64,000 bases of DNA from Macrostomum lignano (Eukaryota). The stretch covers positions 1 to 64,000 of the forward strand of contig NIVC01003785.1 of assembly GCA_002269645.1 (NCBI GenBank). The letters run 5' to 3'. Under the pieces are notes generated by a model. That model was not told the DNA's origin and ran no database searches. It was given only the letters and a program-made list of their open reading frames with translations. This document shows positions 59,954-64,000 of the stretch, in pieces; position 1 is the stretch's first letter; each line of letters starts with the position of its first letter. Made by a program: the position numbers and the translations under genes.

Positions 59954-61322
59954 TTATTCCCCATCAGCGCCTTCCTTGTCCATCTCTTCGACCTCCTCCT
60001 CCTCGCCTTCGACGCTGTCCACTCCGACCTCTTCGTAGTCCTTCTGCATGGAGCCCAGGTCCTCGCGCGCCTCAGCGAACTCGCCCTCCTCCATGCCTTC
60101 GCCGACGTACCAGTGCACGAAGGCCCGCTTGGAGTACATGAGGTCGAACTTGTACGCTAGCCGGTCCCAGGCCTCAGCGATGGCGGTGGTGTTGCTCAGC
60201 ATGCAGACGGCTCGTGGCACCTTCGCCAGATCGCCTCCGGGCACCGTGGTGGGCGGCTGGTAGTTGATGCCGACCTTGAACCCGGTTGGGCACCAGTCCA
60301 CAAACTGAATCTCGCGCTTGCTTTTGATCTTCTGAACGGCGTCGTTGACGTCCTTGGAGTTGACGTCTCCTCGGTAGAGTAGACAGCAGGCCATGTACTT
60401 TCCATGCCTAGGGTCGCACTTCACCATTTGGTTCGTCGGCTCAAACAGGAGTTGGTGATCTCGCGAACCTTAAGCTGCTCGTGATTGGCTTTTTCCGTTG
60501 AGATGATGGGCGCGAACGTTGCTAGAGGAAAGTGGATCTTGGGATAGGGCACAAGATTTGTCTGGAACTCAGAGATGTCCACGTTGAGGGAACCTTCGAA
60601 ACGCAACGAGGCAGTGAGCGAAGAAATAACTTGACTGACTAATCTGTTCAGGTTAGTGTAAGTCGGCTTCTCGATGTCCAGGTTCCTTCTGCAGATGTCG
60701 TAAATAGCCTCATTGTCAATAATGAAGGTGACATCGGCGTGTCGCAATGTGCCGTGGGTGCACAAGATGGCGTTGAACGGCTCAACAACCGCGGTGCTGA
60801 CCTGCGGCGCCGGGTAGATGACGTCTGCACCTTGGCCTTTTTGCCGTACTCGGATGACAGCTTGTCCATCAGCAGGGAGGTGAAGCCGGCGCCAGTGCCG
60901 CCGCCGAACGAGTGGAACAGGAAGAAGCCCTGCAGGCTGCTGCAGTTCTCCGCCGCTCTGGCCACTACCTCTCGCACGGTGTTGATGATCTCCTTGCCGA
61001 TGGTGTACTGGCCTCTGGCATAGTTGTTGGCGGCGTCCTCCTTGCCAGAGATAAGCTGTTCCGGATGAAACAGCTGCCTGTAGGTTCCGGTACGGACTTC
61101 GTCAACTACGGTGGGCTCCAGGTCTATAAACACAGACCTTGGTACGTAACGGCCAGAGTTTGTCTCAGAGAAGAACGTCTCTACTGAGTTGTCGCACTTC
61201 TCCCTGCCGGCTAGCATCATGCCGTCGGGCTGGATGCCGTGCTCCAGACAGTAGAGCTCCCAGCAGGCGTTGCCGATCTGCACTCCGGCCTGGCCGATGT
61301 GAATAGAGATGCACTCGCGCAT
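59954..61322 (-). pseudogene. TUBA: Intronless divergent alpha-tubulin with two single-base deletions (~60824 and ~60444); young pseudogene or assembly error
   Basis: [34 protein letters not shown] through ...[22 protein letters not shown] is split over three frames; adding one nt at GTGCAG^ACGTCATCTAC and one at TGTTT^GAGCCG restores it; no in-frame stops otherwise. Confidence 0.85.
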
Positions 61323-64000
61323 TTTCGTAGCTGGTTGGAGTTGTAAATTGAAAGCTCTAGCGCTTGGTGCAAGTAAGAGACGCGTTAGCTTGAGGAGCCG
61401 CCGGCGTTGACTGACGAGCTTAGATGAGCGCTGGGTCGGGCTCTTCTTAACCTCCTTTGCCTGTGTCGATACAGGGCCGGGCCAAGAAGCCGTCTATGGC
61501 TAAGCATTCCCCAGCTCAACAAATTTTAGTCTGTGGCCAGTGCCCCAGCGGGAAAAATTGAAGCCTGGGTTTTTAAAGTGCAAATAGAAATTATTCAAAT
61601 ATTAAGTACAAAAATCTAATCGCAAGCCCGTGTCTTGAAGTTTTTGGTTTGGTTTTTTTGGCCCGACCCCGAGGCTTATGACTTTATTCAGTCGTCTTGA
61701 TGTATGACTACAATTAGATTTCAACCATATGCACGGTGCATCAGTACGCAAGAACGTCTTGTATGCTTTCGACCATTGGCCAATGGCCATTTGACGATTT
61801 GGCACAAATTTCTCATTTTTAATCAATATTTCGCTAAATGTTTCTTCCAACCTGCATAATATAAGTTACTGTAGTATGCATACATGTATGCAGAGAGGCA
61901 GTTCGGAGACACCCAGGTTCCGCACTCAGTGACCCCGCCCAGCCCAATCCACTTCTCTTACTCGAGTACATCTCCACGCGCCCTAAATGAGCCGGAAATC
62001 TGTTCTGTCAAGCAGATACACAGGCACAACTGCGTATCTGCTTAGCCAAGGGGCGTAGCCAAGCCGGCTGGGCATGATCCAGGCCAAATTTTCAGCACCC
62101 CCCTCCCCCGTCGCAGAGGCCTAGCACCCCCTGCCCCCGGTTGCCGCTGTGAGCCTGTGACTGTGACCCCCCCCCAGCAGAAGGAAATCCTGGCTACGCC
62201 ACTGTCTCCAACATTTTTGAGTGCTAACTACACTCGCCAACACGTCTATATAGCGATTATAGTTGTTTCTCGCTAAAATTACTAATGCTCGTATCAGCAT
62301 CGGATAGACACTTTCAACACAGCAGATTTTCGAAATCCTAATATTGCTGTAAATATGTATTCACTTACTGTGTATTTTCCTATAAACCCTGATACTTAAT
62401 CATTCAATCTGCGTAAAGCAGCTAGAGTCCAAATTAACGTTGTTTCTTGGAAACTTTTTCAAAAGCACAGCGGCGGGCATTCTCTCGAAAAAATAGTTTA
62501 AGGAACGATTCGAGAAGAATGCCCGGCGGCACGATTTCTGAAAATCTCGGCACAGAAGGCAGGATTAAGAAAAACGAGTGTTATTGCTTGTCTCAGTAAC
62601 TATTGAGGATGCGGATCGATGAGGATCAAACACGATATGGTGTCGATACCCATATTACATGCTTCATTTCCTTTGGTTTGGCTATAGGCCTAGGCAAATT
62701 TTAATGTTTTGCTGTAGTGTAGTAATGCAGTAATGCACCAGTTATCAACTTTTTGTAGTCTGTACAGTAGTTTTGTAGTTAGTTAGTTGTCAAAGTTTCT
62801 AAGGATTTTTTATTTCATATTTTCAACCACATGACTTTTTTAAATTAGGTCATCCCTATTGACAAAGGCCTATTGATAATTGTTTTAGGTAAAAAATAAT
62901 AATTAATAAACTAGTATAATTAATATATTATAAAATTGTTCATATTGCAAATGAGTATTTATTCTTTATCATTCTTATATTATCATATATATATATAGCC
63001 TATAAATCTACATAAATTTGTGCCTTCTAATAATGAATAAAACTATGCTGTTATAACCATTAGGCATTAGGTTATGACAATATATTAAATAACCTCTAAA
63101 AGTCTAATGGTAATTGGTAAGCACTGCTTACCATGTGTACACCCTAGTTTTAGTCTAGACAGAAGTCAGATGATTTAGATCAAATATAATCTATGGTAAA
63201 ATTAAAATACACATTCCCTTCTAGTTGGCTATGGTAAGCAAAACTTTTAGAATGATATCTTCCTAGATAGAAAGGAATATACTATAGCATGAAATATTTT
63301 GCCTGTTGCATGCATATACCAGGAACCAAAACTGTCAAGAATTCAAGAATGCCATTGCTGAAAGCAAGTCTCTAGACATAATCTTGGTTCACCTAAACAT
63401 ACTAGTACAAGGTAGTAGTAGATTGATCATTTGATTCTTTCAGCTTGGTAGTAGATGCAACATTGCTTAGTTGGTCTTGGCTGACTTTCTCAAGCTTGGC
63501 TGAATTTGCATTAGAAACTGTGGGCTGACTTGGCCAAAGGCTTGAGCTGCAATAGCTCTACACAAATTTACAAATGCTGGCTTCTAGTAGAAACTTAACA
63601 AATACCTTTTGGCCACTACAGTTACAGTATACAATCCAAGCATTTTAGACTATCTGCAAGCATAGGTGCAAACCAAGTTTCAAAAACATTCTGGTTTTCC
63701 AAGCAAGCTAATAAGGCTGCATGTTGCTATCTATTTGATTAACGCTGCCTATACCATGTAGCAATTGTAAGTCAAAGCTGAGTGGCACTACATTGCAGTT
63801 GCTGCTTCACCTTGGGCAACTTGTTGGACTAGAACTTTTGATGCTGCTTCATTTGTGTATAGTAAATATAATGTTTTTAGACCACTTTCCTTACTTTTAA
63901 CAATCTTTGTAGCCAGCTTTGCACCCTTGCACATGAAGCCAATATCATTGGGCAGCACATTTAACTGCCTAAGCTCAATTGACATGCCTTGGTCAGCTCG

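Noticed and set aside
63230-64000. AT-rich coding-like remnant on the minus strand (RADQGMSIELRQL...)
   Set aside because: Interrupted by stops, no family recognised, and cut by the window edge; needs a tBLASTx/HMM search.

Overview
Animal (invertebrate) genomic DNA with spliced genes; about a quarter of the window is minisatellite/microsatellite. The GC-rich codons and repeat-stuffed introns resemble a free-living flatworm such as Macrostomum (inference only, not confirmed). Genes, left to right: one exon of a Frizzled/sFRP-type CRD gene (-), PYROXD1 (-), a divergent CRTC/TORC coactivator (-), a probably GPI-anchored alkaline phosphatase (+), three tandem ADAM-like metalloprotease-disintegrin genes (-) rebuilt here exon by exon as complete open frames, and an intronless alpha-tubulin with two 1-nt frameshifts (-). 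Mobile DNA: five tRNA-derived CORE-type SINEs, two MITE families, a 9-bp-TSD foldback element filled with telomere-like repeats, a Crypton-like tyrosine-recombinase remnant, and an 8-kb head-to-tail pair of non-autonomous Helitrons in one ADAM intron. Best leads: the ADAMs have no prodomain and end in GPI-like tails; two of them share one nearly identical exon; a 2.3-kb satellite seems to have grown from a single-copy seed inside the Helitron; many unrelated minisatellites share a CTGAC(AC) core. Most long ORFs in the six-frame track are artefacts of tandem repeats.
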